Positions 41,730 to 55,505 of a stretch of DNA of 64,000 nucleotides are shown here, one piece after another. Position 1 is the stretch's first letter; the number at the start of each line of letters is the position of its first letter. This stretch comes from Octopus vulgaris. Its lineage: Eukaryota. The notes beneath the pieces are model-generated. The model was not told the DNA's origin and searched no databases. It worked only from the letters and a program-made list of their open reading frames with translations. The stretch is taken from NCBI GenBank assembly GCA_951406725.2, contig OX597816.1:43958001-44022000 (forward strand), given 5' to 3'. Both the position numbers and the translations under genes were made by a program.

Positions 41730-42704
41730 CATACATACATACATACATACATACATACATACATACATACATACAGAGAGAGAGAGACTCATACAGACAT
41801 ACACGCTCATATGTTAGGAGACAGTCCAACAGAAGATTGGTTCAATAATATAAAAGACCTCGTGATTGGTTGGCTCCTGAAAATGTTAAGCTGTATAATC
41901 TCTGGAGGTAGGTGTTTAGAGTATTGCCAAAAGAAAACATTCTGCTACATGTTTTCGAATAATACAATTCTACAATCCAATTAGAATACTCATGACGATA
42001 TAAACACATAAGGAGTAAATTAGAATCGCTAACCGCTGAAATTGGGTGCTCCCAATACTCAGCTGGTGTCAGGTTTAATATATCTTATACCAACCTTCTG
42101 CAATAGGATAGGCGATGAAATAACACAAAAGGGGTAGAAATGTGAAAATCCAATCAAGAAAAACGACGACTTTATTGAGTTGGTTATGAACTTGTCGAAA
42201 TTAACTGCCCGCTTTCGAACTTGCCAAATGCATTTCTCTTATTCATTTCCTTTTTCTGTTTCTTCTTCTTGATTTTCTTCTTCTTCTCGTTCTTCTTTTC
42301 TATATCTGTCTATGTGACTGACGTCCTCATCTACTTTAAATGATCTCCCATAGTGAAAAGCAGAAAATACAGTTTGTGTGACACAGTGAATATTGCATGT
42401 TTAATAAATGGTTATTGCTTAGTTTGACATTAATTGTCACTGTAAGCAAAATAGGGACCCATCACGATAGATTGGACTGCCGGGAATGATAAGACTGCTA
42501 ACACTGCATTTCTGACATGCAGACTATGCTGGAGTAATGAGGACGATCTAAGACAGAGAGATACCGGCAGATATTAGGTAAATTTGTCTCTTCAATTTCT
42601 TTTCTTCCATAAGTTGCGCGACTTACAACCATAAATATATGCATACGCACACGCACACATATTTGATAAATAAAGTTACATATATGTGTGTGGGTGCACG
42701 TATA

Positions 42705-42758
<54 letters not shown>

Positions 42759-42801
42759 CAACAATTGAGGGTAAAATTAATTAATTAATCAATTTCACCA
42801 A

Positions 42802-42868
<67 letters not shown>

Positions 42869-42977
42869 TCAATATAAATATATATATAAATATATATGTA
42901 TATATACATATATATATATAAATATATATATATATCATAATTAAATCTCAGAATGAGATTGAAACAGTAATCGCTCG

Positions 42978-43061
42978 ATAATGTAAAGTATAGAAGCCAT
43001 CTTATCACCCCCTCCCCAATGTGGTTAGCCATGATAAGATGGCTTCTATACTTTACATTAT
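42978..43061. repeat. Perfect 30-bp inverted repeat with 24-nt loop
   Basis: ATAATGTAAAGTATAGAAGCCATCTTATCA (42978-43007) is the exact reverse complement of 43032-43061. Confidence 0.97.
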
Positions 43062-43140
43062 ATATATATATATATATATATCTATATGTATGCTTCTATC
43101 TATATATGTGTATATATATATTATGTATGTACTATATATG

Positions 43141-43172
<32 letters not shown>

Positions 43173-43262
43173 TTTATATTATGTATATACTATGTATGTA
43201 CATGTATATGCTGTATATGTATATACTATATATGTGCATGTATATACTCTCTCTCTCTCTCT

Positions 43263-43302
<40 letters not shown>

Positions 43303-44199
43303 TATATACAAGAGAGAGAGAGAGAGAGAGAGAGAGAAGGCGAGCGTGATTGGACATCATACAAAACAGAAATGTCGATACATTCCATCGTTTCAGTTCT
43401 CGCTAGTTTTCTTGAATACATATTTACGCACATACATACCGAAGATGTAGAACATGTTTATCTGTGTACATACAAAGATATGTACATCCGTGCAATCATA
43501 TTTTCCTGCTGTAATTCACTCTTTGCTTCTTCCTTTCTTTCTTTCTTTCCGTCCATATTCATCCTGTGTCTATGCCTCACTCTTTACCCTCCTCCCGTGC
43601 ACCCTTCTCATATTTTTACCTTCTCCTCTCTTGTGGCTGTATGTGTGTTAATAAAAGTAATGCATTTGCTAAATGCATGGCTTGTATATATTTCTCCCAA
43701 GTTGAATTGAATAATTCTGCAGTAATCATCATTCTTGAACAGCTTGATCGAGAACAAGATTCTCATATCGAATAACAAGTTCCTGTCAAATTATTGGAGA
43801 CATTAGTCCTACACAGGAATAATAATAAACTAATAAAGCTCCCTGCATTCGGTATGTTAACGTTAACTTCGCTGTCGGTTTCCATATGGATGGCGTCTCT
43901 GGGTGATTAATTCTCCTGATAGGTATACTTGAATACCTCGATTATGATATCGCACGACTGCAAAAAGTACTTTAGACTCAGAAAGACAAGTTAACGAATC
44001 CTTTACTAAGGGCATATTGCATGCGTATATGTCTTAGTAGAGCAATGATATTACGTACAGAAATTGTACACACACATCATACATACAAAATATGCTAGCG
44101 ATAGAACCGTCCTTTGTTCGACATGTTATACGATGTTTATTTGACTACATAGACCACGTGTAGGTTTATGTTTACATGTATGTATATATGTACGTATGT

Positions 44200-44760
44200 C
44201 ATTATTCAGTGCAATTTCAAGACTTCTTGCTGACAAAGAAAGAGCCGTTTTCTTAGATCTAATTCCTAGGAACTTCAACATCAACAGAGGATTTTTGTAT
44301 GTCTGTACGTATCTATGTATATGTGGAGTTTCGTATTTTTTCTTTTATGTATGTATTCTCATGCATATAGTCGCATTTCTAGACATGCTCACATATACTT
44401 AAATGATAAACTTCTGGAAAGTTTTACAGATCTTCACCGTTCCGGAATTGGCTTGGATCTTTCTTTAGTCTTCCAATCAGCTTTTTCCTTTTTGATTTTG
44501 AGAAGCCTAATTTCTCAAGATTGGTATTTACGAAGTGTGTTACGTATCCAAGTGTCCCAACAATTACAGGTATAAACTTGAATTTGTAATCTGGATAGAA
44601 AAACTGCGTAGGTATTCTATTTTTCACTGATGTTTAGCTTTATGCTAACATCTGCTGGGCAGCTAATTTCTACAACTGTACACAGTTTCTCTTCTCTATC
44701 CCAAATCATTATATCAGGTCTATTGTGTATAAACTTTAATGAAATTTCCACCGGTGTTTT
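44200..44760 (-). mobile_element. R4/Dong-like non-LTR retrotransposon 3' fragment: restriction-like endonuclease plus 3'UTR
   Basis: Minus translation gives HNRPDIMIWDREEKLCTVVEISCPAD..K (PD-(D/E)xK RLE), YPDYKFKFIPVIVGTLGYVT and ICKTFQKFII* (stop 44399-44401). Confidence 0.85.
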
Positions 44761-44780
44761 ATGTATGTATGCATGTGTGC

Positions 44781-44811
<31 letters not shown>

Positions 44812-45080
44812 TGTGTGTGTGTGTATACATACGTGTATACAAAATAGGAGTTTTCGTTAGGGTGACTCAAACAACTAGCTATGCACTCCGAGTGCACAAA
44901 TTGATATGCCGCAAAAATTCCGGTTTGAACTGCAGTTGATGTAATTCTGTCGCTGCCTGGCTTTCGCTTGAGCCGGTGGGTATAGATCAAAGCAGAAAGG
45001 TAAAGGTAAACAGTTTGGCAAGACTTGACAACGACAGTTAATTTAGCTATATAATAAACTGTTCATTATATAGCTAATAA

Positions 45081-45081
<1 letters not shown>

Positions 45082-45132
<51 letters not shown>

Positions 45133-45431
45133 TGTAATGGTGGTAGTAGTAGTGGTAGTAGTGGTAGTAGTAGTAGTAGTAGTAGTAGTAATGGTGGTGG
45201 TAGTAGTAGTAGTAATGGTGGTGGTAGTAGTAGTAGTAGTAGTAGAAGGTAGTAGTAGTAGTAGTAATGGTAGTAGTGGTAGTAGTAGTAGTAGTAGTAG
45301 TAGTAGTTGCAATGGTGGTAGTGGTAGTGGTAGTAGTAGTAGTAGTAGTAGTAGGTCGTCATGATGGGTATACTGAGCTTCGTATATTTTACCCCAGTGT
45401 CACTTTGATGGCATACACTGCTCTCTCACTC

Positions 45432-45472
<41 letters not shown>

Positions 45473-45488
45473 TAGTAATAATAGTAGA

Positions 45489-45548
<60 letters not shown>
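45082..45548 (+). repeat. (TAG/TGG)n and (AAT)n flanking a 77-bp retroposon-like 3' end (45355-45431)
   Basis: ATGATGGGTATACTG.GCTTC.TATATTTTAC recurs at ~49344-49375. The insert is followed directly by (AAT)n. Confidence 0.8.
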
Positions 45549-45550
<2 letters not shown>

Positions 45551-46159
45551 GAAAAATAAGGATGATGATGAGGAGGAGAGGGGGAAGGAATCCTGGTTAC
45601 AGACATACATGCATTTTATATCTATATGTATGTATACGTACGCATTATATTTTGTCATTCTCTTTGACAAGGTAGAAAACAATGGGATTCAGTACGGACA
45701 AATGTATGAGTTCGAAGTAATTTTTCCTTTGAAAGAGAAAATGTATGTGTGTGTGTAGTTGTTAGTTTCTACATTTAAAACTAAGTAAAAAAAAAAGTAA
45801 AAATAAAATAAACCCACTCTAAAACACGTACAATACATAAATACGCAAGTACAAAACTGTTACACACACATACAAACACGCACATACATACCATACTATT
45901 TCTTTTTATATACACTTATATTGTGGTATAGTTAACCATCTTTCCGAGGAGACGTTACGCTGTTAAGTCTACTAGGCAGCGCCAAGCTGTCTCGAGGGAA
46001 TGGAATTTCCAATAGTACACAAGCAAGGGTAATTGGCTTTAATCCTACATCAATAAAGAGTATAATTTGCCGGTAAAATACCTAAAAATACCAGTCACAA
46101 ATACAGCGAAGTGTAGCTATTGAAACCAATTACTGCTGATTAACTCTCGTGTTTACATT

Positions 46160-46238
46160 TATATATATATATATATGTATGTATGTGTGTGTATATGTAT
46201 ATATATATATATATAAATTGTATGTATGTATGTGTGTG

Positions 46239-46287
<49 letters not shown>

Positions 46288-46354
46288 TGTATGTATGTAT
46301 GTGTGTGTATATGTATATATATATATATATAAATTGTATGTATGTATGTGTGTG

Positions 46355-46397
<43 letters not shown>

Positions 46398-46417
46398 TGT
46401 ATGTATGTATGTGTGTG

Positions 46418-46449
<32 letters not shown>

Positions 46450-46472
46450 AATTGTATGTATGTATGTGTGTG

Positions 46473-46504
<32 letters not shown>

Positions 46505-46519
46505 AATTGTATGTATGTA

Positions 46520-46584
<65 letters not shown>

Positions 46585-46710
46585 GTGTATATATATGTAT
46601 ATATATATGTGTATATATATGTATATATATATATATATAAATATATACATATATGTATATGTATATATGTGTATATATATATATGTGTGTGTGTGTGTGT
46701 GCGTGTGTAT
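46160..46710. repeat. Minisatellite of (TA)n-AATTGTATGTATGTATGTGTGTGTATATG units
   Basis: The unit recurs six times with variable TA length. Confidence 0.95.
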
Positions 46711-46784
46711 ACACACAGTTTTCTGTGTATACACTCGTGCATGCATATTTATATATAAGTATACATATATAAACAGGTTTATAC

Positions 46785-46967
46785 ACATAATACCTATAAA
46801 TCTAGAGGTGAGTATGGATCCGTGTACACAAATACAAATATGTGTGTGAACTAATGGATATATATATATTATGCATGTATCTATAAAAACACACCAACGC
46901 ATAGTCATAAGTATATAAGTATATGTAACTATGCATGTGTATGTGTATTTATATATCCATGTTTAAA

Positions 46968-47024
<57 letters not shown>

Positions 47025-47121
47025 CGTGTGTGTGTGTTTGTTTGTACACACATACGTATGCACGTAGATGTGTATACATAAGCATACGTATGCATAGATT
47101 TATGTGTGTACGTATTTCTTC

Positions 47122-47192
<71 letters not shown>

Positions 47193-47723
47193 ATACATAT
47201 CTGCGTGTGCGTGCGCGCCTGTCTACATTTCATATGGCATGTACAATTTGATTAATGATTTAATTGTATTGGAATGTGGGAACATTAATTATTTTATAAA
47301 TATATATCTCCTTTATTAAATATAGAAGGTTACTGCGTGCAAGTTTTAATTATTTTATTCATTTAATACTTATAATTCTTCCTACTCCACCTATCGTACA
47401 CTATTTATTCTGTAATTCCTGCTTCTTATGCAGATTAAATTACCACCTAAGAATCTGTAAAAACTTCCCTAAGACAAGTTGCGAAGATGTGTGTGTGTGT
47501 GTGAGAGAGAGATTATACATAATACCTATAAATCTAGAGGTGAGTATGGATCCGTGTACACAAAGACAAATATGTGAGAGAACTAAGATATATATATATT
47601 AGCATGAGAGAGTATATAAGTATATGAGAGAGATCCATGAGAGTACACACATACGTATGCACGTAGATGTGTATACATAAGCATACGTATGCATAGATTT
47701 ATGTGTGTACGTATTTCTTCCCC

Positions 47724-47777
<54 letters not shown>

Positions 47778-48068
47778 ATACATATCTGCGTGTGCGTGCG
47801 CGCCTGTCTACATTTCATATGGCATGTACAATTTGATTAATGATTTAATTGTATTGGAATGTGGAAACATTAATTATTTTATAAATATATATCTCCTTTA
47901 TTAAATATAGAAGGTTACTGCGTGCAAGTTTTAATTATTTTATTCATTTAATACTTATAATTCTTCCTACTCCACCTATCGTACACTATTTATTCTGTAA
48001 TTCCTGCTTCTTATGCAGATTAAAAATACACGTAGGACGTACATATACATTAAGACAAGTTGCGAAGA

Positions 48069-48100
<32 letters not shown>
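46785..48100 (+). repeat. Near-identical tandem duplication (46785-47512 vs 47517-48100)
   Basis: Long identical stretches, e.g. 47046-47438 vs 47645-48024. Confidence 0.9.
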
Positions 48101-48129
<29 letters not shown>

Positions 48130-48198
48130 TCTGTGTGTATAAAGACGTATATATGCAGTAAACCCCACTTTTTTTGGCATTTTAAATATAACGGCGCA

Positions 48199-48551
48199 GC
48201 AATATAATTAACCAGTAAGATACCAAAAATTACCTGTCATAGATTCAGTGTACGAAGTGTTCATACTCTATCGCTTCTGCAAGCAACATTACATTGTTGT
48301 CTTTGGCCCGATGTATTGTCAGGTGCTTCACGTTATTCATGTGAAAACCTTACTTCGTTTTTCAGGAGAATAATATAATTAATGACTATCATTGATCGCT
48401 CTTAAATGTAATTCTCGGAGCACTCTAATTTTTTTTCTGGATTTAATTGTATAGAAGGTAATTCAGTAAAAAAAAGTAGTCTGTGTACATTAAAACATTT
48501 GCTTTGAGGAGCGAGTAAAAGAAATAAAAACTTGTCAAACTAGGTCAGTAG

Positions 48552-48607
<56 letters not shown>

Positions 48608-50149
48608 CATTTGTTCTCTAGGCACAAAGCCCGAAAATTTTGAGGAGGGGGCCAATCGATTAGATCGACCCAGTACGCAACTGGTACTTAATTTATTGAC
48701 TCCGAAAGGATGAAAGGCAAAGTCGACCTGGACAGAATTTGAACTCAGAACGTGAATAATAATAATTCTGATGATGATGATGATGATGATGACGACGACG
48801 ACCACGACCACGACAATAACAACAACAACAATGATAATAAATAAAATAAATGAATATATTTGACAGAGTAACGATGTTATGAGGCAGGCTCTCATGCCTT
48901 CTGATCATAACTGATTGGAAGTGTCATCATGTACGTTGTTTTGTCCTGGTATAAATGATGCGCTACAGCAAATATTCTGCTCAATACCACAGATTTGCTT
49001 GTCAATTGTTTGACCTTAACCTGTTGACCATGTCCCTTAGTGGCTGACGATATGTGCATCTCTGACCACGAGTAGAAGTGGCGGAGCATCATAGCCGTGT
49101 GTCAAGAGGGATTCTTTGGGGTTTGGATAATTCACCTTTGGCAAAATGGGTGGTTCGTTCAACGTCCTTCAACAATCCTTATTCAGGGACCTTTTGAGCG
49201 GGATGGGTTACTCGACCAGAAGAAAATTCTAACTGGACCCAACCTGCAAAGTCATGTGCTGTATATCTTGATATAAGATCACCATGTCGCACACATATGG
49301 TTGTGATGCATCGACCTTAGCAGGATTCGTACTATCAGCTTAAATGATGGGTATACTGGGCTTCATATATTTTACGTCATGCAATATGATTAAAAATACA
49401 CGTAGGACGTACATATACATTAAGCGGCGAATAGGGCAATGATGTCATAGAAAATGGACAATATGTTAAAATTTAATAAACCCGAGGAAAGCATCTATCC
49501 ATATAGTAGTCAGAAATCTCTATCTCGAGACGGTCGGATATCAAGGGTAATTAACTTTAATTCTACATCAACAAAGCAATATAATAATTAACCAGTAAGA
49601 TACCAAAAATTACCTGTCATAGATTCAGTGAAATATAGCTATTTAAACGAGCACTCCTTACCCGTTTCCGATTGCAAGACTGCAACTTCGAGTTATCTTT
49701 GAACATATGTTGTTTTCTCTTAACCTCAACTAATCATATGCAGTTTCCCACGGGAACTGGGTGTGTTAACTTCCGTCGATAGGCAGCTAATGGAATTGCA
49801 CCAGCAGTGTATCATTTTGTTGTACGAAAGTGTTCATACTCTATCGCTTCTGCAAGCAACATTACATTGTTTTGTCCGCCTTTGGCTTTTTCATCGATGT
49901 ATTTCAGGTCCTCGTGGTCATTGTTCTTTTACTGTCATGTGAAAACCTTACTTCGTTTTTCAGGAGAATAATATAATTAATGACTATCATTGATCGCTCT
50001 TAAATGTAATTCTCGGAGCACTCTAATTTTTTTTCTGGATTTAATTGTATAGAAGGTAATTCAGTAAAAAAAAGTAGTCTGTGTACATTAAAACATTTGC
50101 TTTGAGGAGCGAGTAAAAGAAATAAAAACTTGTCAAACTAGGTCAGTAG

Positions 50150-50199
<50 letters not shown>

Positions 50200-50360
50200 C
50201 ATTTGTTCTCTAGGCACAAAGCCCGAAAATTTTGAGGAGGGGGCCAATCGATTAGATCGACCCAGTACGCAACTGGTACTTAATTTATTGACTCCGAAAG
50301 GATGAAAGGCAAAGTCGACCTGGACAGAATTTGAACTCAGAACGTGAATAATAATAATTC

Positions 50361-50438
<78 letters not shown>

Positions 50439-50532
50439 CGACGACGACCACGACCACGACAATAACAACAACAACAATGATAATAAATAAAATAAATGAA
50501 TATATTTGACAGAGTAACGATGTTATGAGGCA
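48199..50532 (+). repeat. Near-identical direct duplication (48199-48886 vs 49575-50532), each with a family F SINE fragment
   Basis: Identical apart from microsatellite lengths, a ~190-bp indel and one divergent patch. Confidence 0.9.
48887..49375 (+). mobile_element. Unclassified interspersed repeat, probable retroposon 3'UTR of the 45355 family
   Basis: A complex block ending in the same ATGATGGGTATACTGGGCTTC motif. Family assignment of the rest is inference. Confidence 0.45.
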
Positions 50533-51524
50533 ACGCACTAAAAATCTAATCAAATAAGAACCCATTTCTCAACTCATCAGCTTGCTTCGTGTGTTCTATA
50601 AAAAACAAGGATCATTGTTTTTTAGTTTATTTTGGTTATAAAGGTGTCGGATTCCTCTTTGCTATTCTGGTATTCCACAGATACCGCTAGCACTATAGGC
50701 AGTTCGTGCTTTGTATTTTCTGTTCAAGTAGACTTGAGGAGGCTAACATTGTTAGTGATGTACGAATTTAATTTGGTTATCTTTTGCTATCTTGTTTTAA
50801 CAACTACCTATTTATAATGCACGTGTGGTTTTATGTGCATCATTAATTTTCGGGGTACAGGGTTGCATATAGCGCCGCGGTGAATACTCTCTAGATATGG
50901 TGTGCTGCCACAGAATTCTTGTAAATTGTCGTTAAGTATATATTTTCTCGACCAATGAGGGATGAAAAAGCAAATCGACCTTAGCAGGATTCGTACTATC
51001 AGCTTAAATGTGTGCGACTATCTACTGCCAAATTCTCTGAAACGTTCTTGCTTAGATTTTTAACCGCAGATGCAAAATTTAGAGGTGTTGGGTGGTACCC
51101 CACTGTAGAATCCATGTTGAGATATTCACTGGACATCACTGCAATGGTGTTGCTCACCGAGGACGTCTGGAAATGATTAAAATTTGGGAGTTAAGGCCCC
51201 CATTTAGGGTGTCTTAGAATCCTCATGTTAAGTGGAAACTTTGAGAATACTTCTTGATGTGTGTAATTTGGTTGAAATTTCATCAACATCGAAAATTTAT
51301 AAATTTTCATGGGTGGTTTTGCCCCCTTTAAGCCATCTGAAATTCAATCCAAACATATCGCATTATACCCGCCCTTATGCATTGAATCTAAGTTTCAAAT
51401 ATCATAAGGATCCATTCAGTGATTTTGGTCCATGAAACTGTATGAAATACACAGCATTACCCTTCTCCCTAGGCTTCGATTTTGTGTTCCAGATTTCATT
51501 ATATATATATACATATATACTCTT

Positions 51525-51744
51525 TCTTTCTCTTTTACTCTTTTACTTGTTTCAGTCATTTGACTGCGGCCATGCTAGACACCGCCTTTAATCGAGCAAC
51601 TCGACCCCGGGACTTATTCTTTTTTGTAAGCCCAGTACTTATTCTATTGGTCTCTTTTGCCGAACCGCAAAGTAACGGGAACATAAACACACCAGCATCA
51701 GTTGTCAAGCAATGCTAGAGGGACAAACACAGACACACAAACAA

Positions 51745-51791
<47 letters not shown>

Positions 51792-51887
51792 TACGACAGG
51801 CTTCTTTCAGTTTCCGTCTACCAAATCCACTCACAAGGCATTTCCCCCTAACAAACCCCCAATCAATAGAATGTTTACTATTACAAA

Positions 51888-51946
<59 letters not shown>

Positions 51947-52070
51947 GGGTTCCTTTCAGTTTCCGTCTTCCAAATCCACTCAGAAAGCATTGATCCGCTT
52001 GGGACTATAGTGGAAGACACTTGCCCAACGTACTGCGCAGTTAGGACTGTCTCAGGACCCACATGGATTG
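51525..52070 (-). mobile_element. SINE family A, interrupted at 51839 by a 58-bp patch; second head-side part at 51945-52070
   Basis: Tail CTCTTTTACTCTTTTACTTGTTTCAGTCATTTGACTGCGGCCATGC through CCAAATCCACTCACAAGGC. Confidence 0.85.
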
Positions 52071-52574
52071 AATTGAATACACGCCTGCTACTAAATCAAT
52101 CTGAACAAATCACTAGCATAACAGTTCTGCAACGTCCGCTATAAATCTTGTGGGGGCAATATGTCTGATATTGTTCTTTTATAACAATGTGCTGTTACGC
52201 ATCAAAACACTTTGAAGAGAAATATAAGAAAAAAATACATTTCCTTTCAGCTATCGTACATTGACCTTTGCATTGTCTTCGTATTTGTCCATCAATCTTC
52301 TACCATCAACTTTTCCGTACGTTAATCAATGTAGTGTATCAACGTTCTTGAACACATAGAGCTATTTATTTATTTATTTATTTATTTGTGTAAATGTCAG
52401 ATCTTTGTATTAGTGTGTGTGTGCGCATGTGGTGAACTTAAATAGAAGGAGGGGTACACAAAGTGTATGGATATTTGTGTGTGTGTATGTCTACACAGGC
52501 TAGAGGTTGCGTATGTGGATGTATCTCTCAATCTTTCTATTTCTATCTTTCTATCTCTCTATCCGTCTACATAT

Positions 52575-53029
52575 ACACAGACAGACATAGATAAACATAT
52601 GTATGTTTGTATGATGTATGTATGTTTATTTGCTATACAAACGAAATTCGAACATGAGGCACAAAAGCTCTTTCTATCTTGCACACTCAGAATTATAAGC
52701 AGGGAAGATGAATGGACAGTTCAACATATGGTACGCACGTGTTCAGAGCATGGTTATTTACTTATTTATGCGTAGTATATTTTATGATTGTGTAAACATG
52801 CCATATCGTCAGGCGATATTGACCATTTTAATGGTAAAATGTTCAATATCGTTATGGTTACGTAATAACATATTATGCATAAATAAATAAATGATTATGC
52901 TCAGGAAACGAGCGTAGCATAACTTCAATTTTTCCATATATATATATACAAACACATATATATATATATATACACGTATATATAGGAATATATATATATA
53001 TATAAATATATACAAACATATATATATAT

Positions 53030-53082
<53 letters not shown>

Positions 53083-53102
53083 TGTATATATATGTATACA
53101 CT

Positions 53103-53150
<48 letters not shown>

Positions 53151-53654
53151 CAGGCATGCATACGTACATAATTGTTTGACATTTCCCCCTAACAAACCCC
53201 CAATCAATAGAATGTTTACTATTACAAATGATATATAAAAGAACATATATAATTCCTTCAGTAAGGATTGATATTTAATCGAGGCTTCGATCTTATATGT
53301 AGAAGAGTAAATATGATTAGTTAGTGTCTTTGTGTGTGTTAGAAAAGACAGACAGACAGATATAGATGCGAACAGACTGTAGTGAAAATAATTGTATGGT
53401 TGAGCAGGAAAAAAGAGCAAATTCTTGTACAGAATTGAGTTCTTTCCATGGTTTCTAACTTCAATTGTGCTGCCAATGTTTTTAATCTGACATGAAATAT
53501 ATAATAAAATGATGCATCAATTGTATATATCAGGAAAACAATTGTTGATGCATACATAGCTACATACTAACATCCCTACATATACAAATCCACCTATCTA
53601 CCTCGCTATATACATACATACATACAGAGAGGCAGAAAGACAGACAGATAGATT

Positions 53655-53694
<40 letters not shown>

Positions 53695-54099
53695 TACACA
53701 TGAATACACATATATGCATATATAAAAATGTATATACGCATGTATACTTATATAAACATAACCACGCAGATATTTACATATACACAGCTATGTACATAAA
53801 CATATGTATGTTTGTATGTATGTATGTATGTTTATTTGCTATAAAACGAAATTCGAACATGAGGCATAGGCAATATTGCTCTTTCTATCTTGTTTACACC
53901 AAAAGAAATTGTAAAGTGAAATTTGATTTGTATTTTTTGTAAAGTACTTTATCAACTAATGTGTGATTTTCTATGCTCATGTTAACCATCTTACATTGTG
54001 TTGGTATTTATCTCTCCATCAATCTTATGCATATATATTTATGTACGCATACATATAAATATGTGTGTATGTATATACGTACGCAGGTATACATTCATA

Positions 54100-54134
<35 letters not shown>

Positions 54135-54198
54135 ACACAGCATATATATATATATATATATATATGCTCCTGTGTCTCATTGTATATATATATATATG

Positions 54199-54247
<49 letters not shown>

Positions 54248-54928
54248 GCACGCACACTTATGTATGTATGTGTGTATGTATGTATGTATGAATGCATGTA
54301 TGTATGTATGTACGTATATATGGATGTATATATGTATGTACGTAAGTAGGTATGTACTGTATGTACATGTATTAAGATATCACAGTAGCTTCGATCTTGG
54401 TGTATGTAGAAGAGTAAATATGATTAGTTAAGTGTGTTTTGTGTGTGTTAGAGAGAAAGAGACAGACAGACAGATATAGATGCGAACAGACTGTAGTGAA
54501 AATAATTGTATGGTTGAGCAGGAAAAAAAAAATCAGTGTACAGAATTGACACGAGTTAATTCGTCTACCTGTGAGAATAATGCAAATACATTTTTTAACG
54601 GTGTTTAAAGATCGATAGAGAATGTTAGGTGGATGGTAGGTGTAGTGATTGTCGTGAACATATTTTCTACACAAGAAAGATATGCGAAATCTTCTATCGC
54701 CTTTTTTTTGCAGGTCTCTTGGCTAGCAATTCTCTGCTACAAGTTGCGACGTAAGCCACTATAATAATCTGCGATTCATTGAGCTAAACTTTAGCTGTTA
54801 AAGCGATGACATAAACGCGCATATATTATATGAGAGTAATTTTCTGCATACTCAGCGTGATTAAAGACTTGTGAGATTAATTCAAAAGAGTGAAAGCTCT
54901 TCTAATTTTGTGAATAAAAGTCTGTGCA

Positions 54929-54996
<68 letters not shown>

Positions 54997-55505
54997 TGAG
55001 TGTATGTTTATACAGACACAGACTGTGTGTCAATAGCCAACTGGAAAAGATACTTTCCTGGGGCTTAAAGAACTGTAACATCGTTCCTTTATAGGATCGC
55101 CACATTCTGCTGGCAAATAAGCTTTAATATTCGGTACCGTTACAGTATATCTCTCGCTGAGAGATTTAAAACAAGTTGTTTTTCTCTGTGTGTCGCTTAA
55201 AGAATATATAGTGTTTACGAGTGGAGAAAACTTTCATCATCAGCTTAGGACAGGTAACCATTCAGAAACCATGTTCTGTGTGTATCACGGTAGGCTGGAG
55301 ATGTGAGCGATCACCTCTCTTGCAAACACTATAAGGACACCGACTGTATCGACACCCAGCTGGAAAAGATGTTTTCCTGGACCTTAAACAACAGTAATAT
55401 CGTCCTTTATAGGACCGCCACATTCTCTTGGCAAATAAACTTTACTATTTGGTACAGTTACCGTATATCTCTCGCTGAGAGATTTAAAGCAAATTGTTTT
55501 CCTCT
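52575..55505 (+). repeat. Older diverged tandem duplications
   Basis: 52590-52682 ~ 53795-53892; 53285-53437 ~ 54388-54549; 55020-55185 ~ 55340-55505. Confidence 0.8.
54714..54750 (+). other. Candidate micro-exon, 37 bp
   Basis: CCTTTTTTTTGCAG| acceptor and AC|GTAAGC donor. Two frames are open. Confidence 0.35.

Noticed and set aside
46160-46540. Regularly spaced repeats as a CRISPR-like array (also 25565-25925 and 28583-28680)
   Set aside because: Spacers are simple-sequence length variants rather than unique sequences, the context is eukaryotic, and no cas genes are present.
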